Positions 1 to 13,029 of a stretch of DNA of 64,000 nt are shown piece after piece. The stretch comes from Marsupella aquatica (taxonomy: Eukaryota > Plantae > Marchantiophyta). Position numbers and translations under genes: made by a program. How positions within the stretch are numbered: position 1 is the stretch's first letter; the number at the start of each line of letters is the position of its first letter. Under the pieces are notes generated by a model. The model was not told where the DNA came from. It was given only the letters and a program-made list of their open reading frames with translations, and did not search any database. The stretch lies in NCBI GenBank assembly GCA_973895155.1, contig OZ316894.1, positions 1,440,357 through 1,504,356 of the forward strand, written 5' to 3'.

Positions 1-230
1 ACTTCCCGGAATGGTTTGAGATTTGACAAGTCTTCATTACTGAAATCTATCCACCTGTATCTGACTTAACCGTCAGTTCGCCAAGCAATGTTCAAGAGCC
101 TAATTAAAGGGATAATCTCAATTTCGAGTGCAAACTTCGCCTTCAGTTCTCGGAACAGTGTTCAAATAGCCTTGGGCAAGATTCAATTTCAATTCCAAAC
201 TGCTGGCCAGACTTTCGACAGTTTGCGTAC

Positions 231-1677
231 CTTCATGCCTTTGCTATAAGTCGTTCCTGGAAGTTTCAGTGGCATCGCTCCGATCGTCTGCACGATCTTC
301 TTAAAGTTTTCAAAATTCTTCTTTCCTTCTGGTGAGTTACTTCCGTTTGTATCTCCGAATAGAAACCAACTGCTGATATCCCACGTAATCTGGCTTCCAA
401 TCATTCACCAGTCATTTACGTGGGATCAGTACTCACACATCACCACCGAAGTTAATTTTCAACAATGTTAAGAGAATAGAATGAAGACAGAAGAATTAAT
501 TAAGATTACCGCAGACGAGCAAGAAGAAAATCGCACAGAAAGTACTAGGTACTTGAAGAAGAAGACGGATGCGCTGAAGACAACGAAAATGAATTGATCG
601 AACTGAGTGATGAAAGAAAGAATGTTTAGAAAGGAAAATAAACGGCCCACCTTTTGCATTGCATCGATTCCATCAACAGTCCCGGCGCCCACCCACGAGG
701 CCATGTTTTCGAGAGTAATGCTCTCAAAGTTATGGACCTGATGCCGGAGACTATCTGGACCTACAGATTTGAGGACCACCTTCTTGACAGACATATGAGG
801 TGGACCGTCCCGTAGCATAAATGTGTCGGGTCCTACTGTTTGCTTGAAGCTTTCGGGGTATGACCGTGTGAAGAGGTGGGGGCTTGTACTGACGAATTTG
901 GCGAACTCCGGAGTTGTTCCACATATCGTTGGCCGTTTAACTATGTTCGTTTTAAACATACTTCCATACCTGTAGTGATCAACCCACAACTTTCAGTAAT
1001 TGTGTTAAGCGCTGAGATCCCAACCATTCAAAGCTAACATCTCGGGCACATACATATGTCGCTTAGATATTTCAGAGTAGTTTCTAAACGGGGATGTGCT
1101 ACCTACACAAGGACATTGCCCACCAAAATTCTTTCCTTCAATTTCACTAGCTAGTGAATTGGAAGTTTTCTCCTGAACGAAAGAGAGTGCGTGACAAGCT
1201 ACAAAGCAAGATGCCTAAGGTACACAATGACTGTAGCTAGTAATACTTGAGTTGCTTGCCCTCCCTGAGTTCCCATTACCATTCTAGGCAAGACGAGATC
1301 CATTGTGATGGAACATCTTCGATCAGCGGCCAAGCTGAGATCATTACTGAATTCATGAACAACAGATTACTTGCAGAAGCCAATTCAAGATCATGACTCT
1401 TCAATTCATGAATAACAGATTACCTCCTGACGCGAGAATGAGCAAATTCTTTTGGATCACGGACAAAGTCGAGTGTTTCCCCAATGACAGGCCAGCCCAT
1501 CGAGCCTTTGGGCAGCACGGCATCGGGCCTTCGTAACGAGTATAGAGTGTATAATCGCTGCGCCCATAGCAGAATAGCTCCGCCCAGCACCACGGCCAGT
1601 ACTACCGATAATGTCGACAGCCCTGAGTCCCTCATCTCTGTGTATCTCAAGAATGGGGACAGCATTGACTCACCCAT
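231..1677 (-). CDS. Cytochrome P450, CYP85 clan (CYP707/CYP90/CYP85-like); 5' part only, gene continues beyond the left edge
   Basis: Exons 1677-1424, 969-651 and 389-231 join in frame with GT-AG boundaries. N-terminal membrane anchor, proline-rich hinge LPKGSMGWPVIGETLDF, R|YGSMFKTNI and PLKLPGTTYSKGMK are typical of CYP85-clan P450s. The heme-binding motif is not in the window. Confidence 0.9.
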
Positions 1678-4600
1678 CTCTCTGACTCTCTAAAGCTGGA
1701 GAGCTTAATTAGATCACTGAGATGTGTCTGCAATCTTTCAATCCACAGTTCTCACAGCTTGCACGGGCTCTGGAAGCACAGGTATCGTTGAAACAAAAAA
1801 AATCGTGTGCTCTTCTTCGTTCAGATTTGAGACATATATATTGTTTTCAATGCTGTTCGTCCCCACCTCCGTGTGCAATCCATTTCTGTCAGGTCATTGG
1901 TTGCCCGATGGGTTGTTGAGAGTCAACTTGAATAGCGAATGCACGGAGTTGAAAGCAAACCCAGTCAAGGTGGAGACTGCACTGGCCACCACAACATAGT
2001 ATCAGGATAATACAAGGAAGGAGGCAATGAAGTTGGTCAAGCTAACAAGAATTACAAAGCTGCGTTATCCCACATACTGTTTCATTGTTATAACACGTGA
2101 TAAGATTTTCTCCCATTTGCTTGGTGGTTTCGGGTTACCAAGTCGTGAAATAGGTGCAGAGGGATATAACTCAGTGGTAGAGTGTCACTTTGACGTTGCT
2201 TTTTCCAATAAACGATGGTTACATCCCGCATTTGATTACTCACGGCCTTCCAAGAGTGTAGGTTGCACTTTAGAGGGCTCACGCTCGGGCTCACGCTTTC
2301 ACCATTCTTTGTAGAGCCAAGGCAGATTGTTTTAAGACCTCTAGACAGATTCCCTTCTGTGACTCTCCTATGTGACCTCTAGACAGATTCCCTTTTGTGA
2401 CTCTCCTATGTGATTTACTCTCTACTAGGTTTTTCAGTTTTCCAGGTTTAAGTTCTTTGCTTCAGAGTGTCCAGACTTTTAGTTGCTGTGGGTACCCCTT
2501 GGCTTGTTGGGCCTTGTAGTAGTAACATCACCTTGAAGGGGTAAGTCCCTGATTTTGTAGTCCAGGATAAACTTAGCATCGCAAAAAGTCCAACCAAGCC
2601 ATCAACTCGATCAATCATTGAGGCAAGACTGGGTTCCTATATTTATTGTACTGAATGATTTAGTTACGGTTAACTACACAAAGAAACTAACTGAGAAAAT
2701 TAAGTAACATAAAAGTCAACCCACCACTTTTTCTAAAGAGATTTCTCACTAACCGAAGAAATTAACTGAGAAAATAAATAACATAATAGTCAACCTACCA
2801 CTGTTTCTAACGGGATTTACAAGCTACAAATTCTAACGAAACAAATGACATGTGGGGAAAGGCCACGAGCCAGGAGGAGCGTCCAAGTGTGACTTTGTCC
2901 CTCTACTTTTTGTTCCTGGTGGAGTCTCTCTTCTGGACTTGCTCTGTGGACCATTTTGTTTGACCAGAGTCAGAAAGCCATTTTTGTTTGGCCATAGTCC
3001 GGGACTGTTTGAGTCCTAGGTGTGACTGTTCCTGTAGCTCCAACAAGCACCTAAGTGAAAGGCTGAACCCAATGGTGACTCCTATACCCTTTACTCCGAG
3101 TAAAGCTCTACCAGGCTTTTCTGTTCGTTGTCCATTACTATGCTGTTACTCTTCTAGGCCACTTAGTGGGACCTTTGGTCTTTTCCTTTTTGGCTACTTA
3201 GTGGCACCTTTGTTTTTGGGTTCCATTTTGGCCACTTAGTGACACCTTTGGTTTTTTGGTTCCTTCTTAGTTGCGAGACTCCTTTTTCTTGTTGTACCTC
3301 TTTGGTCTTGGGGCCGTTCCCTTCCTTCTCCCTCCTTTTATTGGGTTGCTTTGCCTAAAGGATCCCTGCCTCCCAGTTTGGCGTTTGTATCCTTTTGCAC
3401 TGCTAAAAATATATATAACTGAACCCATTGGTTCTTAATTCTTTGGAATAAAGGTCTCCAAACTTGATAGTGGCTTCTCTGTTGAATAATATGGTTTGTT
3501 GGGTTCTGGTCCTCTCTGAAATTTTTTCTGGGTCCAATCTTTTAAGGGGAAGCTTCCTTTTTGAGGCTACACAACTACCAACTAGGATGGAAACACCCCT
3601 GGAATCAGAGTTGGTAGAGAGAACTTTAGCAAGTTAGTTATTTTCCTTGAACATCCATACTTCATACATATCAGTGCCAAAGAACAAAAAGCACCATACG
3701 AGGAGATCATAGGATCCCAAACTAAGGCAATCAGCCCACTAAGGGGCGGCGGCGGGTGGGGAATGCCCAAGAGCCACCAAGCCCTAGCTAGTGAGCCACA
3801 AACTGAAAAACCTGGTAGAGCTTTGTGACGGGCTTTGTGACAAGTGCATCAGAGGGTTGCAAAGAGGGATTTGATTAGATCCTCGGGCCAACACTCTTAG
3901 TAAAATAATTACACCTCCCTGCAATCTGCCCCCTGGCCCACTTTTTAACATTTTCTTAAATATTTCTCATGTCACTTTTTTCCTTACCGTTGTTCAATTT
4001 CCCTTATCCTTGTTTGATTATAATAATATTGCATACTAAGTGGATTGCTCCACTTTAAGCAACCTTCCCAAAATCGTAATAAAAAGGTTTTACGACTGTC
4101 TTACCTAAATAGACAAGCAAAAAACATTCTTTTTAATATCTAAAAGTGAGAGGATCCCCCAAAAGGAAATAAAGTAGCTTATCTGAGAGTGGGTTCCACT
4201 TAAAAAGATTCCCATGCTGACAGGAGTAAGTAATCATTCCTTTAGCGCGTTGAGATCATTTTTCCTACACCACTTTAGCAAGAATAAATTAGTTTTGGGC
4301 CACTTGGTACATGTGCCCTCTCCTCACGCGTCATGGCCATACAAAAGTGTTGGCCAGGCCACTTTTGAAACCCTCAAAGCAGTTGAAAGGGGAGATGCTA
4401 ACATTATTGTGAAGACTTTCTTTGCCTTACTCATGGGAAGAAGTACCAACTGAAGTCACCTAAGTATGAGCTTTGAAATTCAGGTCTACAATTCTGGGTC
4501 AAGATTGTAATATAGGGTCAAGCGAGTTACTTAAGGCTTTAATTAATCACAAGACAAAGAGCTTTAAAAGTGAAGGAACGATCTTGGGTCAAGGCTTCAA

Positions 4601-5690
4601 ATAATTGCAAGACAAGGTTACTTTGACAAGGAAGTCAATCACGTGTACCCTCTTTTTTTGGTTTCACCATGGGTATTCCCAAATAGAAAGTAACTACTGT
4701 AGCTTGCCTTGTAGTGCTTTCAACTCACAAGGATTCACATGTTGAGAAGATTTGAGGGTTGACACCATTTTTTCTCAACCAACTTAAAGCAAGAATAAAG
4801 TGCCTTCTCCTCACTGGTCATGGACTTACCAAGTGTTGGCCCCACTTCTCAAGCCCTCTTACTAGTTAAAGGGGAGAGGTTGACCTAGTCACATCCCGTC
4901 ACTCAGGGAGCTTGAAAGTCAAGTAGTGAATCCTGGGTCAAGACTACAATCAAGGGTCAAGAGGATCAGACATTGAATTAATTATAGGACAATTAGTTCA
5001 AGAACCCCTTGCTTATATAAACTGGTTTAATTGAACTATTTGGGGCCATGCATGAAGAGTTGCACATTGGAATGGATAGATGAGAGGACAAAGATTAAAT
5101 GGAGTATTTTAAATGAAGTGAATGCTAAAGGTACTTAGGACAATTTCATTGAAGACAAAGGGGTACATTCATGGTAATGCGAGGGTAATTCTCCATGCAA
5201 TTTAACGTTTCCCTTAGTACCTCTATGTCTATACAATACACACGGAACATTCCATATTAATAGTTCATGCAAAATATTACTTTGTCCATTGTAGTTGAAA
5301 GGTCTTATCTAGAGTCCAGGCCGTAGGTATTCCTCTACCCATCGTCCTGCCCATGGTAGTCATGGTGTTTCTTACCTTTGCTTTTAACTCCTCTATCCAT
5401 AGTAGCCAAAGTGTTTCTTAGGTTACCTTGTTGAATGTTAGAGAAGTTGAAGAGTTTCTTGGGTTTCTTATGTTACCTCGGTAAAATGTTAGAGTATGTA
5501 GTTGAAGAGTTTCATTTTACAAATTTGTAAATTAAATAAAAAATTGAAGCAGATTACCAGAAAACACTGATATATCAATCACAATTCATCCAAAGATTAT
5601 TATTTGCACCCCTATTTTACCCCTGTCTTTGTTTACTTCAAATATTACTTTTCAGTTTTTCATTGTTTTTACAGTTACAGGGTCTAATTG

Positions 5691-6136
5691 TTTTTCTTTG
5701 CCTTGCCTCAAACACAAATAGCCAGACTTGGATCTTCTTGCATAACTAATGGTTCTTGTTTGTGACAAATCATGCTAATGTGGCTGCACGTGCATTCACG
5801 AATTTTGGAAGGAACTTCCCATGGGGGTCTGTAAAGGTTTTTCTTTGCCTTGCTTCAAACACAAATAGTCAGACTTGGATCTTCTTGCATAACTAATGGT
5901 TTCTTGAATTGTTTGTGACAAATCATGCTAATGTGGCTGCACGTGCATCCAGGAATTTTGGAAGGAACTTCCCATGGGGGTCTGTAAAGGTTTTTCTTTG
6001 CCTTGCCTCAAACACAAATAGTCAGACTTGGATCTTCTTACATAACTAATGGTTCTTGTTTGTGACAAATCATGCTAATGTGGCTGGACGTGCATCCAGG
6101 AATTTTGGAAGGAACTTCCCATGCGGGTCTGTAAAG
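5691..6136. repeat. Tandem repeat, 3 copies of about 150 bp
   Basis: Unit TTTTTCTTTGCCTTGC...GGGTCTGTAAAGG starts at 5691, 5838 and 5991 with few differences. Confidence 0.95.
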
Positions 6137-6443
6137 AGCTTTGAAACAGGCCGTCAATCTTGTATTAAGGCTTGAACTGAGGGTGAAGACTTTAATAAAT
6201 TACAAGTGATTGAAGGAGTTTGACAAGGCCATCAATCCTTGCCGGTAGTATGTTGGTGAATGAGAGTACTCATATTATCTTGTCCATTGAGATTGTTTTA
6301 ATGTATTTTTGTTTCAATGTGCCTCAAATAAGGTGTATGGGTCTTTTGTACAATGGGAGCTATAAATTTGCTCAGCGTATTGTCTTTGCTAGTCCTGTCT
6401 TTCAATTCTTCATGGAAACTACTATAGCTACATTAGACTCCTT

Positions 6444-6999
6444 CCAATTCATAAATCAATCTCATCTCATTAATTTACCACTGTGGACAATCTATGGCTC
6501 AAAATATAGTGGTCCTATGAGGGGTATTTGTTCACTTAAGTGAATAGGACAAGTCTGCTGGTCACCCATGCAAATGAACATGTGCCGTAGTGATAGGGCC
6601 CCTTTTGTAGTGCAAAGGAAGGACTAACGACCAAGCCCTCGTGCACGTTCAGGACTTCATGAACATCAAAGATCTATTTAATACTTAACTAAGGCCAAAG
6701 TGATGATTGCACGTTTCCAATTCACCAATTCATAAATCAATCTCATCTCATTAATTTACCACTATGGACAATCTATGGCTCAAAATATAGTGGTCCTATG
6801 ACGGGTTTTTGTTCACTTAAGTGAATAGGACAAGTCTGCTGGTCACCCATGCAAATGAACATGTGCCGTAGTGATAGGATAGGGCCCCTTTTGTAGTGCA
6901 AAGGAAGGACTAACGACCAAGCCCCTCGTGGACGTTCAGGACTTCATGAACATCAAAGATCTATTTAATACTTAACTAAGGCCAAAGTGATGATTGCAC
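6444..6999. repeat. Tandem duplication, 2 copies of about 281 bp
   Basis: CCAATTCATAAATCAATCTCATCTC...GTGATGATTGCAC occurs from 6444 and from 6725, nearly identical. Confidence 0.95.
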
Positions 7000-8199
7000 T
7001 TTTCTTTAGTAATTTGTGATTTTAAAATGTATACAATACCCACTCCATTAGGTTTCAGAACTGGTCAAATCCATTCAATAGCCAATTCATGGCTTGCCAA
7101 ACAAATGAGTTAAGAAAAGGGCACTAAACAGGGAAGCTGACCCATTTACTAAAAAATCAAACAAAGCCTCCAACAAACTTAGTACATTAACTCCTATAAT
7201 ACACAGTTGCGCCACTTTTTAGACTAAGACAGCGGTCGTCATTCATTCAAATTTTCAGGGCACCAAAATTTAAAAATATGGTCAAAGGTAAGTAATAAAG
7301 CCAAAGTGTAAATTGAGTTTTATTACTGTGACTCACAAAAAGTTGCACCATCGTCCAAGACAAGCAAGAAATAATCACACAAGACATCAAAACATTGAAA
7401 GATTTTAACACAATGATGAGTATCAATGCACGAGGATAAAGGTCATGATCCATGCAAATGCAAATAAGTATTGTACATGTTCAATATTGTGTGCAGCATA
7501 GTCCTGTATAATACTGGCAAGTGGAGTTTAATTGCTAATAATATTTTAGGCACTAGATCAATAAAAAAAGCTTCTCCCAATATTTGTGGTGAGTTTGACA
7601 GTCATTTGCAATGTCATTTTCAATGCCAAAAAACAAAGTAATAAGGCCCAAAGACATAGTGAAGCGCATGACATGGGCGTTGATCGCAAGGTGTCGGGCA
7701 AGGGGCACACTTGCAATGTAGGGCAGCCCCTTGAAGGGCTCCAGTCTCGCATGGGTGGGGAGGGGGGGGTGCGACGAGCAAGTGGAATGATGGTGAATGA
7801 GAAAAAGAGAAGACCAAAAATAGGGGAATGGGAAAAAAAGGGAGGTTAAGGTTCAAAAGGAACATAAGAGAAAAAATGGTTAAAAAGGAAGGGAAAAAAA
7901 GGGAAAAAACTTATCATTTTGTTATACTTTTGTGGTGTCATAGCCAGTCTTTTGTGCAATGACATCTTTTATTCAAGAATTTTGTTTTGCAAGGAGAAAA
8001 AAATGGAAAGGGAACTTTTGTGGCTACCGTAACCAGTATTTTGCACAATGATATCTTTCACTCAACAAAAGTTTTTATGCAATAATACAGTTTATCAATT
8101 TTTATTTATTTAAATATTCAACGATATCTTTTGCACCACCATCTATTTTTATGCAGTGTAGGGGGATTGAAAGGATAGCGACAGAATGGTCATCTTTGC

Positions 8200-8830
8200 T
8201 AAGCCCTAAACCCTAACACCCTAAACCTGAAACCTATAATATAACATTGTGTCAATTTCTAGAGTGGTCGCCATTCAAATGCAGGGGCATTTTGGTAGAA
8301 AAACAAAACGGTAGGCATTTTGGGTAGAAAAAAAAAGACTGACTCCTTCTCTCCTTGACTTTTTATTTCATAACATTTTTCATATAACGACAACTTGGGT
8401 GAAACAACATTTTTTTTTATAACATCTTTTACTTTACAGTATCTTTGGCAAAATGACACCTTTTTCTTAACAACATCTTTCACATAATGACATCTTTGGC
8501 AAATGACTTTTGTATCTTTTTACTTCATGACATCTTTCACATAACAATATCTTGGGGCGACACACCATATTTTTTCTTAACAACATCTTGTGCAACGCAC
8601 GGGTATTTTCCCTCAACAATGTCTTTGCCGACACACCATCTTTTTTCTCAATGACGTCTTGGCTCACACAACATTTTTCTTCTCAACGACCTCTTGGCTG
8701 ACACTACATCTCTTCTCTCCACAATCTCTTGGCCGACAGGACATGTTTTTTCTCAACAACTTCTTGGCCGACACAGCATCTTATTTTCTCAACGACATCT
8801 TGGCAGACACGACGTCTTTTGTGTAACGCA
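8200..8830. repeat. Degenerate telomere-like (CCCTAAA) patch followed by a degenerate ~35-bp minisatellite, probably transposon subterminal sequence
   Basis: CCCTAAACCCTAACACCCTAAACC near 8204-8227, then repeated TTTTTCTCAACGACATCTTGGCCGACAC-like units from about 8380 to 8820. Confidence 0.7.
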
Positions 8831-9297
8831 TCCAGGGTATTGAGCTAGTAGCGAATAAGAGAAAAAGAGTTGAGAGAGTACAACACCAAAGTCAAATAGA
8901 AGAGGGCGATGAGCTATGGTCCACTAAAGCCTCAAATTGGACTACATGACCACCACAAATTGCTCAGAACCTAAAAAACAATTTTTAGGCCCCACGAACG
9001 AAACAAAGAGAACAGTTTCTACGACAAATTTTAAAATTTTTTTTTGACTCGAAAGAACCAAATGAAAAGTTTCTACGACAATTCTTCCAAAGATGAAAAT
9101 CTAATTGCTAACACAGTTGACATGAACTTTACAGTGAGCTGACATGAACTTTACAGTGAAGGCAAGTTTTGGATCCTGCTTGATTCGTCGCGAACTTCAC
9201 AATCCAGAAGTTTGGACGATTAGGGGCGGCTTTAACTATTACAAACAGGTCCGTGTGCACGTCGTCGACTATGGCAGGTTAACTTTCACCTTCAAAG

Positions 9298-10194
9298 GAG
9301 ATATATGCTTGATGGGCCCCCTGGTGAACCTTTCTTACCTGATGGGCCCCTAGGTAACTTTTTTTACCAAGTAGGACCCCTCTTAATGACCAGTACACCT
9401 GTTCTTGTGTGGTGCCTACACCTGTCCTTGTGTGGTGCCTACTATGTATGTTGACTCCAAGCAAACTGCACGTGCAGTCAACCTTGCATGGTCGACCGAG
9501 AAACCACGGACTGAGATGATTCGGGAGAAACCGCGAAAAGCAACTGCCGTTGTCTAAACTGCGATTTGAAGACAATATGCATTATGTCTTCGGATTCACT
9601 GGGTTAATGCCTAAAAACACAATGGATTATGTCTTCGGGTTCAAATTTTTACCATATCGTGGGGTAGTTATTAGGTATGTTTTTCACATTGCGCACATGA
9701 GTTTTTCACGATGTTTTCATGCACGATTGTCATGGTCAGTGTGGGGTACCTCCAAATATCCACAAAGAATATTCAAGTTCAATTTCAAGTTCAAAAGAAG
9801 ACAGACCCAAAGGTGTCGGGGTACACCCTAAACCCTAAACCTTGAAACACATGAAGACATAATCCATTGAGTCTTCAGGCATTAACCCATTGAATCCGAA
9901 GACATAATGCATATTGTCTTCAAATCATAGTTTCGACTGCGGCAATCATTTTCGCGGTTTCTCTCGAATCATCTCCGTGGTTTCTCGGTCGACCATGCAA
10001 GGTTGACCGCACGGTTCAACTGTGCAGTTTGCTTGGAGTCACCATACATAGTAGGCACCACACAAGGACAGGTGTAGGCACCACACAAGAACAGGTGTAC
10101 TGGTCATTAAGAGGGGTCCTACTTGGTAAAAAAAGTTACCTAGGGGCCCATCGGGTAAGAAAAGTTCACCAACGGCCTATCAAGCATATATCTC
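9298..10194. mobile_element. Non-autonomous Mutator-like element (MULE) with long terminal inverted repeats
   Basis: Ends are GAGATATATGCTTGAT...ATCAAGCATATATCTC. The ~340-bp arms (9298-9636 and 9853-10194) are inverted copies. A perfect 9-bp direct repeat CCTTCAAAG flanks both ends (9289-9297 and 10195-10203). No transposase ORF. Confidence 0.92.
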
Positions 10195-10776
10195 CCTTCA
10201 AAGTCTTATGTCAGCTGAAGGAGAGACATGAATAAGGTGCAGGACTTGGCGAATGCCAGAACAGAGCGATAAGCGAGCTTTACGGTTTAGTTTGCTGGTC
10301 GGTCCGACGTTCTAAGGAGTGTTTTCGGTCATCCAAGAAGTCCTGAAAGCAAGAGACCAGGACAGAGCGGAGCTTGAAGAAATCGACACCTAAAACAAAA
10401 TCTTGAAGAATTGCTTTGTATCGGACTTGATACTTTAGAAAAGCTTAGATAGAGAACCGGATGACCACCGGGTGGCTCTTCCCTAGCTGCAACGACGGTA
10501 CGCCGAGACCTATCATTACAGTATAAGTCTGCAGTCTGTTGCATACGTAATCATCTCGATACCCGAAGTGGCCAGGTAGCAGCTCGCTTGATCTGCTGTA
10601 GTTTCTGTGGGCCGGGGTGTCTTGGTGTGCAAATCAACGGTGCGTTCAAGGAGTCCTTGCTCGAGGGTAATCTACCTGAAGCTTTTTTGCCTTGAAGTGA
10701 CCGAAGGTAATCTAGCGGACGATATTTCCGTGAAATGTGATTCTGGAAAATTAAGGTTTTTGAGCTTTTGTTTCAG

Positions 10777-11029
10777 AAACTTCCGATGAAAACCCGAGAT
10801 TAATGCTATTATGAAGAGCACGGAGCAGGGGGCTGCGACGACCGTTTGGGCGGCTGTGGGGAAGGAGTGGGAGGGGAAAGGAGGCAAGTATTTGGAGGAT
10901 GTGCAGGTTAGCCTGCCGGTGAAGGAGGGGAGTGCGATCAGCGATCCTGGGTATGCAGAGCATGCTTACGACGAGGAGAAGGAGGATCACTTGTGGACCG
11001 ACTCATTAAAGATGGTCGGTTTGGCTTGA
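10777..11029 (+). pseudogene. C-terminal exon/fragment of a short-chain dehydrogenase/reductase (retinol dehydrogenase/WWOX-like), fungal/microbial style
   Basis: KSTEQGAATTVWAAVGKEWEGKGGKYLED...PGYAEHAYDEEKEDHLWTDSLKMVG is the classic SDR C-terminal GAAT...G.Y...LW..S segment. Acceptor TTTCAG ends at 10776. An in-frame TGA at 10787 disappears if 1 nt is restored (DENPEINAIMKS). No upstream Rossmann-fold or YxxxK exons were found. Confidence 0.75.
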
Positions 11030-13029
11030 GAGCAGAATGTGTCATAGAATCGAATGCTTTGCCAGTGGTCGGTCTATAGTCGTGATGTGAGGAGGCCGGG
11101 CCACTCTTTTTTGTAGGTCATCATCAGTGCAGAATTGCAGTGACAGACATTTCTTATCAGATCTATCTTCATTCTTAATGCCAATCGAACAGCTGTTGAA
11201 TGCACTACACGGACATGATGACAGATTGATGCCCAATTTGGTAATCCTCTATCGGATTTAGTTTTAAGTTTATCGGGAATAGAATTGAAGTCGCAGCTGA
11301 CAATGCTGGACGGATGTACATGAACATGATACCATATACGTATCCAATTTGGAACATTCTATCAGATTGACTCTACGAATTGAATTCAATTGACAGCTGA
11401 GGCTACGCGAATGAGCTTGCTGACTGATACTTGTCGAGCTCACCTCCGACCTCACCTTGAAGTCGAATCTTGCTACGAATTTCACTTCCTGGCCGAACCT
11501 TTCTGGGGCTGTCTATATTAGTCGCTTGAAGTTCTGGTATTATGAAAACTTACTTCAAAAGTTCGAATAACTAACTAGACCATCTTGAACTCAGTTGGTG
11601 CGGTGCGAAGCCTGCCAGAGGCCTTCGAAAACTCTTTACAATAAAACAATCTAACATTAAATTAATGTACACATTTACTTCCAAACTAAATTCTTGGACC
11701 AATTGCCGAAGCTCCGATGTTTCATCATTGAAGATGTCAAAGGTTTGCGGGGACCTAGAAAGGCAAACCAGTTCTTTGGCCGGACTGAAGGGTCTTCATC
11801 TCATTATTGAATCTACATCTTAAACTTTCCTGCGCCAACAGTAGTGTAGGGGCCAGATTGCTGGAGTTCACATTGATTGGGCATGGATCAATTGTTTGAA
11901 CCGGCATTATATATATGGGGTTCTTATGTCACGAGTAGGTGCAGAGAGAAGGGGCACAGAGAACTAGAATCTATTGACTGACCCCGAATACGTCTCGAAG
12001 ACCTGGAGCAAAAGAGTAAAAGATGAGACGGCCTCAAGTATGAGAAATCGTCTGTTGTCAGATTTTGAAATCAAAGAATCGGATCTTTGAACTCAATCGA
12101 CACATGGTAATCAAGGATTAAAGGAGTTCATGAATGTTGCAGTCTATACTTACGGACTGAGTTTAGGCAAAGAAATATAAATTTTTGGAGATGTGTCAGA
12201 GTAAGGAAATGGACCCAGGTGAAGCGTCTGGCAAGCGAGTGGATAAGTTAACAGTAAGCAATGCACAGTGTTTCCTCCCAACTCGTGAGGTTATTGTCCC
12301 TAGTTGTGTGACACGAGCTGGAGAAGGTTTGCTTGAGTTGTATCGTAAGCGAGCTTCCTTCCATATTCGGAGTCCCTGTGAAATCTTCCTCTGCTTGAAA
12401 TCTCTAATGATATCCAGTGTTTGTTTGGGTTAAGGGAAGCTACACGCATCTCTTTGGTCTCAACTATAGATGTTGACCACAGTGACAGTTTGAAGCGATA
12501 CGCTAAGGATTCAGCCTTTTGGTTCAAGCAATTCCTGCGCCGCTATCATACCGCCTCCTGAAGTGTGTTGGTACAAATAAACGCCGTCCCGAGCACGAAG
12601 TAACGCATGGACCAGGGATTGAAAGACAAGTCAGGGTATTTTTCCCGAGGGGTATGTCGCACCTCGTGCCTTTGGGCCAAAGAAAAGAGAAAAATAGCAA
12701 CGATGAATCTGAATGAAAAGGTGGCTACGATGCATTCGATTTGCTTGACTGTCAGGCTGTGACCTGAAAACTCCCATGGGGAACTGAGGGACTTGGTTTT
12801 AAGACGGAGTAATTCGTAGAGTACAGTGAGTAGCTGGAGTACGTAATGAAGCTCGTCGATTTGAATGACGACAGTAAAATTTGTAGAGGAAATGAGAGGA
12901 CTGAACATACAAAGAAAAGGCCCAACGCTGATAGTTACGAGCTGAATGAGTTGCGGAGTAGTTGAAATTTGAAAGTATCGAACCATCTGGATACCCAATG
13001 AGATCCCGAAGTGGCCGATCAGAAGGCTG

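Noticed and set aside
9279-10235. Two similar ORFs on opposite strands (IHSRHHTRTGVGTTQEQVYW)
   Set aside because: They are a by-product of the MULE inverted repeats and have no protein features.
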